Assembly: GCF_000143415.4 (NCBI RefSeq)
Contig: NW_003314279.1
Span: 2,286,401-2,350,400, forward strand
DNA length: 64,000 nucleotides
Source of the DNA: Selaginella moellendorffii
Taxonomy: Eukaryota; Plantae; Lycopodiophyta
Direction of reading: 5' to 3'
Shown piece after piece: positions 49,275 to 62,320 of the stretch. Under the pieces are notes generated by a model that saw only the letters and a program-made list of their open reading frames with translations, was not told the origin of the DNA and did not search any database. How positions within the stretch are numbered: position 1 is the stretch's first letter; every line of letters begins with the position of its first letter. The translations under genes and the position numbers were made by a program.

Positions 49275-51945
49275 TTATTCTTTATTATGATTTTCATACT
49301 CCGTGACAAACTCACGAGCATGTGTAAGATTCCTAAGAGGCTCCCAAGTTAATTCACAAGATGGGTAACTTTTCCACTTAATTAGATACTCTCGACGTTT
49401 GGCATTTTTAAGCCAGCATGTACCCAAAATAGCTTCCACTTCATATTCAAGTTCACCATCCACAACTTCTGGTGGTGGATGAATCTCCGCTTGATGTGAA
49501 TCATCCATAGTGTAAGGAGCCAAGAGATTGGCATGAAATACATTATGAACATTGGACATCTCCCCAGGAAGATCCAACTGATAGGATACATTACCAATGC
49601 ATCTCAACACCCGATAGGGTCCAATATATCTTGGTAACAGCTTCCGAGATAAAGATTCCTTAATGTTGAAGTTCCAGGAAGATAGCCACACTTGATCTCC
49701 CACTTGATAGGATACATTTCGAAGATGCTGATCCTTATCACGTCGATACCTATCCTGAGCTTTGCCCATTAGTGCCTTAGTAGCTCTAGACCAATCTTGG
49801 CGTAACTACTCCATATAAGTCTCAACGGCTGGGACCAACACTTCAGACATTGGTTTTGATACAAAAATCTGTTGAGGCACTTCACAAGCATTCCCTTGTA
49901 GCATCTCCCATGGAGAACAGCCAATAGTGTTGAGAAATGTGTTGTTATAACAAATTTTTGCTGTATCCAAATGCTTAACCCAGTCGCGTTGGTTTGCCGC
50001 GACAGTACTGTAAATAATCCTCAACTTGAGCATTCATGCATTTGGTCTACCCATTAGTTTGAGGATAATAAGCTGTACTAAACTTCAATTTGGTACCAAA
50101 CAGCTGGAATAGTGTGCCCCAAAACTTCCCTATAAACCTTAAATCTCTATCTGAGATCATCTCTTTGGGAAGACCACGAACCCGCACTATTTCATGGAAA
50201 AAGAGCTTTGCTACTTGCTTCACATTCACTGTTTCCACAATTGGAATGAAATGTGAAATCTTCAACAACCGATCCACATCATAACCCTTAGACTTCGGCA
50301 AGCAAGTAACAAAATCAAGTGTCACACTTTAAAATGGCCATGCCGGTGCTGGTATGCATTGCAACTTTCCAGCCTGCTTCTTAGTTTTGTGCTTACATTG
50401 TTGGCATATAGGGCAGGAACGGACATAGTTTGCTACATCACCTTCTATACCAGACTAGAAAAATCCCTTTTTCAACAAAGCCAGAGTCTTTCGCTTTCCA
50501 CTATGTCCTACTACCGAATATCATGATGTTCCCGCAGAAATAACTGCTGCAGATCCTTAGAGGGAAGATACAATCTTTCTTGCTTATAGAATATAAGCCC
50601 ATTCCAAACTAAGAAGCGAAGCTTCACATTGGTACGGCTAGCAACTTTCGCTACCTTGCTATCAGGGTTTTGCTTCGACAACTCCGCATGGTGTAAGATT
50701 GCCTTCGCCAGTGGATCACTTCCATACAAATCCTGAACGTCCTCTAACTAGTCCAAACTGATTGCCAATATTGCTCGAAACTGAGCCTGATGACTCAACG
50801 TAGCTGGAACAATATTGTCTTTACCAAGTTTATATATGATTTCAATATCATATCTAGTAAGCTTCTCTTGCCAATGAGCTTGCTTCAGCATAAGCTTTGG
50901 CTATGTAGCAAAGTAGCTTAGTGTATTACTATCTGAATAAACCTTGGTATGTCCACCCAAGTAGTGTCTACAGTGTTCCAGAGCTGACACTATAGCAAAC
51001 ATCTCTTTCTTATGCATTGGCGATCTTCGTTGAGTTTCATCTAATTTCTTGAAATAGAATGCAACAGGACAACCATGTCGCCTTAGCGTAACACCAACCA
51101 CTTTCTCATAATCTTGCTACAACATGACACTAATAACATAGCCAGATGCATCACAATGCACTTCAAAGGGTTTATCAAGATCTAGGATCATAAGAACAGA
51201 AACTATAGTCAAGATCTCCTTCAACCATACAAAAGCATGTTGACAAGTTGGTGTCCAATAAAATGGTATACTACTCTTAGTTAACTCAGTCAACGGAAGA
51301 GCAATTTTTGCAAAATTGTGGACAAACTTGCGATAGTATCCCGCTAAATTGAGAAAGGAACGAACATCTAATATAGTGGTCAGAACTTCCCAGGACTTCA
51401 CCGCTTCCACCTTCTTTGGATCTACCTCAATTATGCCACCACCAACTATATGTCTGAGAAAGTTTACGCACAATTGTCCAAAAGCGCATTTACTTTTTTT
51501 ACCATACAATTGGTGTTCATGCAATTTCTGAAACACCAACTCCAAGTGTTTCAAATGATCCTCCAACGTTTCACTGAAGACTAGAACATCGTCGATATAT
51601 AGGACAACAAATGTGTCCAAATAATCTTTGAATATTCTATTCATCATAGTGCTGAATGTTGCCGGAGCATTGCATAACCCAAATGGCATAACAAGAAACT
51701 TATAAGATCCATACCGAGTCTTAAAGGCTATCTTCTCCACATCTTGATCTGCCACCCGTATCTGATAATATCCAAACAGCAAATCAAGCTGCGTAAAATA
51801 CTTAGCCTTTAAGAGTTGGTCAAACAAGTCATCAATGTGAGGCAAAGGATAACTATTTTTGACTGTGATCTTATTGAGTGCCCGATAGTCGATACACATC
51901 TTCATGGTTCCATCCTTTTTCATAACAAAAAGGACTGGCGCTCCA
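49275..51945 (-). mobile_element. Second Ty3/gypsy chromovirus pol (RT, RNase H, integrase, chromodomain), degenerate
   Basis: [62 protein letters not shown]...YLIKWKSY...TWEP. Confidence 0.93.
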
Positions 51946-52677
51946 TTATAAGCAACCAAAAAGAACAACTCGAGAGGTGATCCATAAGGGTTCAAATATA
52001 GAAGGAAAGGGCCCATGAATAAGAGTGAACCCCCTTTTCCAATCAGTTAAGGGTCTTGGGATACTTGGGGTTAAATGTCCTTGGGTTTAAATAGTACTAG
52101 GTTGAGTGATTTCCTGGGAAGTCCAAATTCAGAAGCTTACATTTGGTATTGGAATTGTTCCTTAGTCTGACTTTTATTGGTGCTCAAGTATATCACCATT
52201 GATGTTGGTATTGGAAGGTTCTAGGAGTGGGCCTATCCTTGGGGAGTAGCAAGTCCGGAAGACATGGCTCTCCATTACAGTTCATGTGTGAACTTGTAGA
52301 TGAGGTGGTGGATAAAAAAGGGCTAATAATAAAACAACTTTGGGATCTTGGGAATAGTATAAGGTTTTTCTTAGAGAGTTGAGGATGTGATTCAGATGAG
52401 CATTTGACTTAGCAAACTGCCTAATGTAGTTGTGGTAAACAACTATAATTGAGATCACAAGAAAGATAGGGACTCCAAAACAATAAAAGAGTCACAAGAT
52501 CATCCTCATATAATTGAGGCTACTGCTTATGAATTGGAGACCGGACTAATGACTGTGAAAGGTCAAATACGGATGAGGACACAAGTCCTTGAAATGGTAG
52601 CCAGGGCTACCTTTTATAAATGTTGGAACAAACCTAAGGTGTTGTGAGTGTGCTCAGAGGATGAGACGGTATTCTCA

Positions 52678-53070
52678 TCATATGGATGGATAATCCTAAG
52701 AAGCGAGAGTAGCTCATACAAAATGAGGAATAATCAAGTGTTAGAGCAACACTTGTGAGTAGGACATGAATACACAAAGTACTACTATGGTACTTGTGAG
52801 TAGGATTTCCACTATGTAAGAAGCGAGAGTAGCTCATACAAAATGAGGAATAATCAAGTGTTAGAGCAACACTTGTGAGTAGGACATGAATACACAAAGT
52901 ACTACTATGGTACTTGTGAGTAGGACATCATATGGATGGATAATCCTAAGAAGCGAGAGTAGCTCATACAAAATGAGGAATAATCAAGTGTTAGAGCAAC
53001 ACTTGTGAGTAGGACATGAATACACAAAGTACTACTATGGTCCTTGTGAGTAGGACATGAATACACAAAG
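52678..53070. repeat. Tandem repeat of ~120-130 bp, three nearly identical copies plus a partial copy
   Basis: AAGAAGCGAGAGTAGCTCATACAAAATGAGG... recurs at ~52698, 52818 and 52948. Confidence 0.92.
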
Positions 53071-53399
53071 TTGTATTCCAGCGAGCAGGCACCTCAAAAA
53101 TAGGACCTTACAGATCATTGGATTAACAAAATCCAAAAATGTTAGATGACTCAAGTAGAGTCAGCAATGTTAGGATCCTATCCCTTACACCCTAAGCCAA
53201 CTGGCTAAAGGGGTGATCACTTGATTGCAGGGCCCATTTCCTTATCCTATTATCCTGACCTGGTGCCTAACAATAATGAATGGTCCTAAGGGATTGGTAA
53301 AAGCATTTGGACTGAGGTATGTGGTGCCCCATGAAGGATGGGAAGGATTATAAGATCTAAATATGAGAATAATGAATATCTTATCGATGGTAGAATGTG

Positions 53400-56300
53400 C
53401 CATGCTAAAGTTGTGGGGAAAGTGTTCCCAGAAGAAAAAAACTTTGACAAAAAGTTGTGTGTAAATTACGTGGTGCAGTGCTAATGGATAGTTGGCATAA
53501 GAAAGAACTGTATTGGTTTTGGCAAGGACTTAGACACAAATAAGAAGTGTCATAAAGGTACGGGGAGCCAATGGTACGGAGACACCGAATATGCCAAGGC
53601 ATGATGCCTTAAGGTGAAATTAGCAGGTTTATAAAAACCCCTTCCCAAAGGAATCCTAATAGAAATGAGAATGGCATAACCTAAGTTGGAAGACATGCTG
53701 TTAGAGTGTGGTGACCCAAATAATGATGGAGGTGTGGAAGCACCAACAATGAGTTGTAGGACTTGACAACTATGAAGTAACTAAGCAAAAGGTGCAAAAT
53801 AATTGATTAAACTAGTAGAAGATAACTACCTAAGACTTCTTATAGGGATAAAGAAATTAGATATACCCATATGGGGAATAAATTGTTTATATTGTGATAT
53901 AGTAAGTCAATGTCGTAAAAGGAAATGCTCATTGTCAAAAAAGCCATCATTAGGACACCCAAGCACTGTAGACCATCAAGAGGTGGTGTTTGGTGTCGTG
54001 AGGGCCATAGATAAGGCCCAAAGGACTCAATCCCTAGCGAATGATGGATAAAAGGTGCTATCTAAACGTCCAAGGTTGTAGAGAAGGGAGAAGCTCATCT
54101 ACTCAAATTGAACAAAGCCAAAAATGGGATTTTGGCAAGGGTAGTGATGGGCATATAAATGCCCATAAGTATTAACATTAATCCCGGTGTGTGGGATTAT
54201 AAGGTGAGCATACCTAGATTGAGGAACCACTCCCTAAGCTATCAGGTGGGTTCATCCCTATGAATATTTGCTAAGGCATGGTAGGAAGTGTAAAGCTAAC
54301 CTTCTAGTATGGAGGAAAATAACTGAAAGAAATGTGTAAGGCCAAAAGCAAATAGTAAGGGGATAGAACCGAACTATATGAATCAACGAGCATAATCAAG
54401 GGTGGTTATGCAAGTTGGGAGTGGAGAATCAAGTGGGTGCTCAAGCATGTTGTTACTAACGACTGGGATGCCATAGAGAGTTTAAAACATGGGATTGTCC
54501 ATGTTAAACCATATGGCAATTGGAAAGCTTGCGAAAGGAGAAGCTTTAGCAAGATAAGGAACAAAGTTCCTTGAAGGTTCTTTTAGGTGGATAAGTACCT
54601 AGAAATCTAAGTGTAAATGGTTCATAAAGCGCGTGAAATCAAAGTGGTGTAGCAGAAGCCTAGTCTTGAAACTTGCCAAGAGGCAAAGCTATCAAAGTTA
54701 AGGAAATAGTTCCTGAGTGTTCAAAGAGAGGGCTTTGAACAAAAGTTGATAGTTAAAGACTTTCACGCTTATGCATGAGCCATATTACAGAGGTTGGATG
54801 ACTTGTTAAGTGAGATTGGTAAGTCGGGGGAACAAATACCCTAGTTGAAGGAGCCAACTTCAAAAAGGGTGGCCCATGAGGCGAAGCACGGAGGAGTCCA
54901 TGCATGATCATAGACTTGTCAAGTGAGAAGACTTGGCAATTGGGAGGGACTAGGTTCCTAAGCTATGATCTATAGCGCGCTTTAAGTATAAATTGGTGCA
55001 CCGGTGTAGGGAGTCACGCTAAGCATCTTGTATGATGCTATCCGTAGATGCATATACGGAGGTTGGGTTCGAATTCCGACCCTCTAGTGCTTGGGTTCGA
55101 GTCCCAAATCACTAAAGTGTGGTGATGGTTTAGAATATGAAGACACTCATTTTTCGGTGGTCATGGACTCTTAGTAAGGAGACTATCTTGGGCACACTGC
55201 CAAGTGGGGGATGCCCCGGAGTCATAATACACAGTTAAATTGCTTAGTGTGAAAGCTCAGCATATCTAACTTGAATACTTTGGTGCAAGTGGCACTAAGG
55301 ACATGGTGAATGAGATGGGGACACCTAGTCTCAGTTGCTATAGACCCTTGGCCAGAAGTGCTGGCTTGGGTGCACTGCCAAGTGTGGGGGATGCCCCCAG
55401 GGTCATGGTGAACAACTTAAAGGTCTTAGAAGATTTAGTACCTATTGGCAAACCTATTAAGGTGCCAAGGTTAGATCACTAGGTGATCTTATAGCTAAGC
55501 AAAGACATCATCCTTGTGAAGTTAAGGAATAAGGTTCCTAATTCAAAGTGTTGATTTGAACTATTGATGATGGTGGGGCTTGGTCAAGGTGACCAAGTGG
55601 GAAGGACACCTAAGAGAAATGAGTTGTGTCAATGCGATGGCATAGTGAGTTTGAGGAAGGTAGCCTCTATAAAAGACTCTTGGGAGGGTCACAAAGTTGG
55701 GTTGTGGATAGAGGCTATAGCAGAAGATGCTAAAGAGACGTACTAAGGGTGAACACCCTCTAGACTTGCCAAAGCAAAGTCTTTGCTATAGAACTGAAAG
55801 GATACCTCAAGAATGGAGGTAGCGATCCTATGTTGCTAGGTGCAACAATCAAGGATAGAAGCAAAAAATTAGCGGCTAAGAAAAGAGCCACGGAAATCAT
55901 GGAAAAGAATTTAAATGGCAAAGTTAGGCCAAGAACACTAAGGTGTTAGGTGCTAATGATTGTGTGAAAGACAATGTGTTTCCAAGGATGGATTCCCAAT
56001 TGCTCCAATTTGGCGAAAGTGGAAGCTCCAAGGGAAGGAGCGGTAAGGTAGCCAAATGGTAGGGCCGTGAACAGCCTTAGCATAAATTATGATAACTGGA
56101 ACTTAGTGCTAAAGGTGGCATGAAATAGAAGAGAGGATGATGGTGCCCTCAAGTGGAGAACTTCCTAGGATGGGGAAGTGGAGTTGCACAATATGTGCAA
56201 TACAAGGTGTTGGAGATACCCAGGAAATTGACTTCAAGAAGTCAAAAATAAAAATTTCCAAAGTGCAAAGGTTATATCAATGGAAACTAAGACTACTCAA

Positions 56301-56585
56301 GAATGACTAGTGGCATTGAGTTAAAGAAGGTGTCTCTAACAGGTTTAGCGAGAATTGAACCAATAAAATGAGAGAACTATCACAAGTGGTCGAATGAGTC
56401 TCTAAGTTGGAGAGACTATACTCCTTAGAGAATGAACAATGCATGGTGAACCTTTGGTGTCAAACCATTGACGAATATTGGCTAGGTGCCAAAAGATGGA
56501 AAGGGTAATACATGCTAGTATTACTTTATAAAATAGTTTATCATTTGATGAGGACATCGAACTTCGTCTATGGGTGGTGGAATTG
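53400..56585 (-). mobile_element. Decayed LINE-like remnant with a nested LTR-element fragment at ~55000-56200
   Basis: Homologous to 8340-9830. 55000-55420 matches 47410-47660. Confidence 0.4.
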
Positions 56586-58157
56586 TGAGACACAAATCCC
56601 TAAGCCCCAAAGTGGAGCCGAAAGGGTGCCACGTGGTAGTGGCCGAAGTGAAAGCCAAACGAGCGTAATACGTTTGGACTAAAAGCTCCAACTTGAAGAG
56701 TCGAGAGCGGGAGTGGAACTCCTATTGGAGTGCTCAAAGAACAAGCATGAAGCGAGCAATAAAAGAGTCTCTAGAAAAGGGACACAAGAGGACCATCACA
56801 TGACATGTGGTGGAGTCTGAGATGGACCGAGATGGAGTTTGAGATGGACCCGAGATGGAGTCCGAGATGGACCTAAGATGGAGTTTGAGATGGACCCAAG
56901 ATGGAGTCCGAGATAGAGTCCGAGATGGACCGAGATGGAGTCTGAGATGGACTTGAGATGGAGTCTGAGATGGACCGAGATGGAGTCCGAGATGGACCCG
57001 AGATGGAGTCAGAGATGGACCTGAGATGGAGTCAGAGATGGACCCGAGATAGAGTCCTAAATGGAGTCAGAGATGGACCAAGACAGAGTCCAAGATGGAT
57101 ATGAGATGGAATCCAAGATGGAGTCCGAGACCGAGACCTGGACCAAGACCGAGACTGAGACCGAAACCAAGATCGGGACCGAGACCGAGACTGAGCCCGA
57201 GCCGGAGTCCAAATCCAAGTCTGAGTTCGAGTCCAAGTCTGAGGGTGAAAGCCCAAAGCATTCATCTCCTAGACCTTGGGGGGTTTGGTGAGCTCCAAAA
57301 GTATAGTAAGGGGAGGACTCCAATGGAGCTAGTTTGGCCAGGAAAGACTAGTTTGGCCCAGGAAGGCCGTACCCAAGTGTTGGGTGATGGGATAACCACT
57401 GGGAAGTCCAAAGCAAAAGTGAATACGGACTGACAACTAGGTAGCTTGGTGAAGTGTTCAGGAGCTGACTCTAGTTCCCCTGGGAGATTGAATGGCTGAT
57501 GCTCCCAGTCCAAGTGTGGGTGGCTGTAGCGAACATGGTTTTGACCCTTTATCCTATGGTGATTTACCATAGGATAACACCACGAAGCGGAACTTAAACC
57601 CTCTTTGTGCCACGAGACAGATGCCACATGTCACATACCACGTGTCCATGCCACATGTCCATAGGAACCCGAGGTTCAGAGCCTTAGGCCACTGAACGAA
57701 GGAACAGTGCCAAACTCCCAAGCGTGAAGCCAAAGAGTGATGGAACTAGACCACGGAGCAACTCCCGAGCATATAGCCCAAGGAGCGAAGGGACAGGAGC
57801 CCGGAGCAACTTGGAACAGTCCTGGAGCAACCAGCATCCCAATGCCAGGACCAGCACGCAAAACGGAGCCAAACAGAGTCTGGCGCTATTTCGGCATACT
57901 GGTGGCCTAACGTGAGGATATGGGCACTCCACCAGCTAGCATGGAATGGAACTTGGGCTTAGACCCAAGCCGGACGCAGAACAAGGATAGGCACGCAAGC
58001 GGGAGCTAGACTATGCCTCAGGTTGGTCGGCCATGCCCAACCTACCCACTATCCCTACTATACATTTGGAACCCCCATAGCCCCCCCCCCTTGAGGAACA
58101 CACGCTTTGGGCTTTCACCCCAAGCCTCCCTTAGTACTAGGAGTTAGTCTCTGGGAC
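56586..58157 (-). mobile_element. LTR sequence (TGTGAGA end, hexamer array 56815-57240), interrupted at 58157 by MULE copy 2
   Basis: Reverse complement of 1-786. The right part matches 43700-43945 up to TGGGA, where homology stops abruptly. Confidence 0.7.
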
Positions 58158-58218
58158 GGGCGCGGACCATACTTGAGCTCACGAGTTGAAGAGTTGAGCT
58201 CACGAGTTGAGCTCAATT
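58158..58218 (+). repeat. Left TIR with internal GAGTTGAGCTC units
   Basis: Inverted match to 8190-8236. Confidence 0.7.
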
Positions 58219-58699
58219 TTCAATTGTAATTTAGTACAAACATTATAAATTTTAAAATTTTAAGGTTATGGCGAACCTAATAATTTAATAACTCTCTATA
58301 TATTATATAGATAAAAATGTTCTAAAGAACACATTTTGTTCTAATAATTTAAATATTTACTACATGCAATGATAGGGACATTTGTTAGAACATAAAATAA
58401 AATGTTTGAAAAAAGAGTATTCTTGTCACTTCTTTAAATTTGTACTCTATGCTTTTTGGCTAGTAAATGTTAGGTTTGTCAGAATTAAAAAATTATTAAA
58501 TTTGAAATAAGATTCTATGTGAAGCCATATAACTGTTTGAAAGGAAAAAAAATAACCGTTGATGTAAGCTTATTGCATATAAAAGAAAGACTTGGTTCTT
58601 TGTAGAATACATTCTTGAAGGGTTTGTCATAGCATACTGTCTAGAATTTATAGATCTTCATTCACACTCTCATTCGAAAAAAGGGAAATACACTCACAA

Positions 58700-59152
58700 A
58701 TGTCTATGGGTTCTAGTGTTGGTAATTTTAACTCTCACAATCTTTCTTCCCAGGGCTCAAGGGCTAGGAGATGCAATAACTATCCCATTGCACAGCATAA
58801 CCAAATCACACAAGAGAATGAAAGAGAGGATAGTGAGGATAGTGATCATGAGTTGGAGATAAATGCAATGACAGAGGGTGCAACAAATTGGGTGAAAAAG
58901 AATGCCCTCTTACTTGTTTTAGAAAAATGCAATTCTGCCACTTTCAAGAAGTGCCCCATATGTTTTCTAGCGTCTGGTGGAAACAATGGCAATGATCAGT
59001 ATGATGGTATATATGCTCTTGCGACACACTGTAACATCACGCACCCGAAAGACTACCATGAAATCTTTTTTGAGATGGTAAAGACAGAAATGGAGACACA
59101 CGAGTACTATGGGCAGTATTGCGAGAAGAACACTCGGAAGCATATAAAATGA
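58700..59152 (+). CDS. Small zinc-finger protein (zf-XS-like: CPIC...YDGIYALATHC...H), 150 aa, convergent with the transposase
   Basis: Intact ATG-TGA ORF with an acidic linker followed by CxxC/HC/H ligands. Spacing resembles the SGS3/IDN2 zf-XS finger. Confidence 0.6.
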   Translation: MSMGSSVGNFNSHNLSSQGSRARRCNNYPIAQHNQITQENEREDSEDSDHELEINAMTEGATNWVKKNALLLVLEKCNSATFKKCPICFLASGGNNGNDQYDGIYALATHCNITHPKDYHEIFFEMVKTEMETHEYYGQYCEKNTRKHIK

Positions 59153-59243
59153 AAAGTGAAATGAAAAAGCACATTTGTATTAATTATATAAAGTATAATA
59201 AGTTTTATTGATAGAGAATAAACATCGATAGTGTTGGAGAAAT

Positions 59244-62200
59244 CTAATTAGCTCCAAAAGTTTTTTGCAACTCAGCAATAGTAAGGCTTGCTTGGTGTAT
59301 ATGAATATCCACTTTAGGATCCTGGTGCAAGATGTTGATGAAGATGTAGTACATATGCTTGCAAGGAGCATATGCCTTCCCATGTTCCTCGCGCTTCATA
59401 AAGTCTGGACATGTGCAAGAAGGAAAGTCGTGAATGGCAATTGTGTACTCTCCACCTTCTGTTTTGACTATGTACTCCTTTGCAAGCGCAGTGATGTACT
59501 TCGTGGAGAGAATCTCACACTCAAGTGTTTGAGCCAAGTTTATTTTACCTTGCTTCTGCTTGGAGACGGTACCAATAAATTTAACTGCTTTACCTTTTCG
59601 TGCTGGCCTCCTGTGCATCTCTGTAGGAATAGTCCTGCTCCTGTCACTCATGTCTCCAACTCTCCTCTCAAGATTAAAACCAGATTTCTCAAGGTTTTCA
59701 ATCTCATCCGAGGTGAGCGCGACCCCATTAGCAACCGGCCATTCTTTAGGTACTGCATCAGGTTTAGTCACTATAGTGTCTTCAAGCAGCTTCGTATGGT
59801 TGGCGTCGGTGTTGCAACAATATAGCCAGCACCATCTTGAAAATCCTGCTTGCTTTCGTTCCCCATAGAAACATGGGGCTGGAACAGAAGCAGATTTTTC
59901 ACCACGAATCCAGGCCCAACACTTGCCCCTCGGAAGCATCCCCACACACCTTACATTTGATTTTGCTGGCACACGTCGGATTGCCCATTGCTTCGGCTCC
60001 ACACTACGGTAAGCAATTTCAACCTGTTGCGATGCACTCTCTTCATCAGCCACTTGAGGTGGCTCAGTCCGAGAGCGGTGTCTTGGAGCAGAATGGTACT
60101 CGACATCAGGCCTGTGGGAGCTTTTTGCTCCAAGGTCCGTACCAACATCTTCCCCAGCAAAGGAAAAACGACGCTTTGAGCGAACAGTCTTCATATCACC
60201 AATAGAAGCTCGGGGAGTGTACTCCATAGATGTGCCATGGACCACTTCCTCAACTGCAGTTGCCACTGTTCGGGCGGGTGGAGTTAATTTTCTCTTCATC
60301 CTATCATGTAACATCTCAACAGAAGGCCCTGTTCCCATATATCTTCCTTCCTCGAATGCCAGTGCTTTTGAAGATTGCTCTATAGCACGTATCAAATCTG
60401 ATAGACAGGCTTCGTATAGACTCATCTTCCCTTTCCCTGCCTCAGAGGAATGCCAACTCCAATGCTTACTTTCGGAGAGATTCACAGTTGGGGTGTATGC
60501 GAGGTCCTCAAGTGGTTGATCCTAATGGAAAAGGCAATATTAAAAGGTAATAAAAGGAGAAGAAAAAATATAAACCAACCTGAAAAGAGTGATGTCCCCA
60601 TTGGAACATCCTAACTTCCCACCATCCTAACCATGACTCAAGTTGTGGTAGGCAACTTACGTCTGTATGGCCATCTTCACGCCACCACATTCGGATCTCA
60701 TTTGCTTTTGCCTCATGCTCTTCTTCAGAAGGTGCAACCTGCCATTGTTTGCACAACTCCTTAAATATTGATTGAAACTCTGGCTTGATAAGGTGGCAGT
60801 GCTGGTTTAGGCTTTGAGCCCAATGGAACTCACAAGTCCTCTCACGACCTTCCAATGGTTGACCATTCCCAAAAACTGCTCGGATACCATTCCAATTTGC
60901 ACCAGCCCCATCTGCCATGAAACCACGAAAGTTTGCAGGCTTACCAGTCCGCTTTAGGACAATATCAGAGAGGGACTTCCAAAATATTTCCTGTGCTGTC
61001 TGGTCTTGTACTTTAAACTCTGCTGTCGCAATTGTTAAATTACAACGTAGCCTATAAAAACATAAATATTATAACAATTTCAATATAATGAGAATAAAAA
61101 TTACCTTGGATCATATACATGAGCTCCCATGGTTGTCCAACTGGATACACGCTCCATATGGTCAAAATGTACCCATGCATTTGCAAGGTCACTGGACCCA
61201 AACATGTCCATTCGGGAGACAAGATCTATGCCAGAGGCAGGGTAGACATTTTGAAGACGAAGGGGCGCTCTTGCTCATTCACAACTTGGTCTGGAAACAA
61301 ACTTCCGTGGATGAACTCGTATGGACAAGTCCGTTTCAATTCAAGGATAGAGTCAATTTTTGATTGCAACTTCCCCTCTCGAGATTCACACATCCAAGAT
61401 TTTATCCTAAACAATATAATGTAAGAAAAAATTATTATTATAACGTATGAAAAATAACGGATGTACCTCCTTAGGCTAGTAGCAGGTTGTACTCCTTGTA
61501 GTAAGTCCCGCAAGCTAGCCTCGTTTAGTTGAGTCTTTTGGCAACCTGGATTGAGTAAGGTATTTGCGATAAAATCCTTGAGGACGGTCTTCTGAACATG
61601 CTTCGGAGTTGCAGATGAGTTTCTCATAGTCTCTTCCTGTACAGCATCTTTGAAACGGTTGAGAGAACTCCTTTGTATCCCTTCCTTCATTGGATGCATA
61701 TGTGTGCCAACATGCACTGCAGCTCTTCCAGCCACTCCATCCCGTGGAAGAAAGTAGTACATCTTGGCATCGCAGATAGCACGACATAGAGGAGCATTTT
61801 TGCAGAATCGACATTTGAATCCAACAGCAATGGTGTCACATGCTGGAGGATTGACTGCAGACCCTTCGAAAAATATAGAGTTTCTAGAGCGGTCTCGATT
61901 GCATGCTTCATCCACACAATCTAAATGCCCGCCACAATGAACTATAGACACTGTGCCTTCAAAATGTTGGAAGTGTGTGGTCTTGATCTTGCACCAATTG
62001 TGGACATCCTGCTTGGTTTCCATCCCCTTCCGTTTGGAACCTGTGCTGCTGACAAGAGGTGGTAGCTCGAAGAAAATGTTGCCGTTGTAGGAGGATGGAA
62101 GCTCACTCACAAGCCTATACAAAAACAAGTGCACGTCGATTGAGAGGCGTGAAAACTGGAAAGCATTGCTAACGGCTTTGAATATTGCTGAAGTTGGAGC

Positions 62201-62320
62201 TGGAGCTGGTGAATTTGGCGCCGACACTAGCATGACATCTTCACTTGAACTAGAAGAGGACGAGAGGATAACGACTGACTCTTGCTTCACATTCACTTTT
62301 GCTGGAGCGCATTTTGGCAT
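59244..62320 (-). pseudogene. MULE (Mutator-family) DDE transposase with N-terminal GCM/WRKY-like finger and C-terminal SWIM; 4 exons, one frameshift
   Basis: Exons ~62320-61467, 61406-61105, 61051-60580, 60521-59244. Motifs: CGGHLDC...CDAKMYYF...HVGTHMHP; AWVHFDH (D1); FMADGAGANW (D2); CEFH (CxxH); PTVNLSES (E); SCTCPDF...PCKH (SWIM). Frameshift near 61240. Confidence 0.85.
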
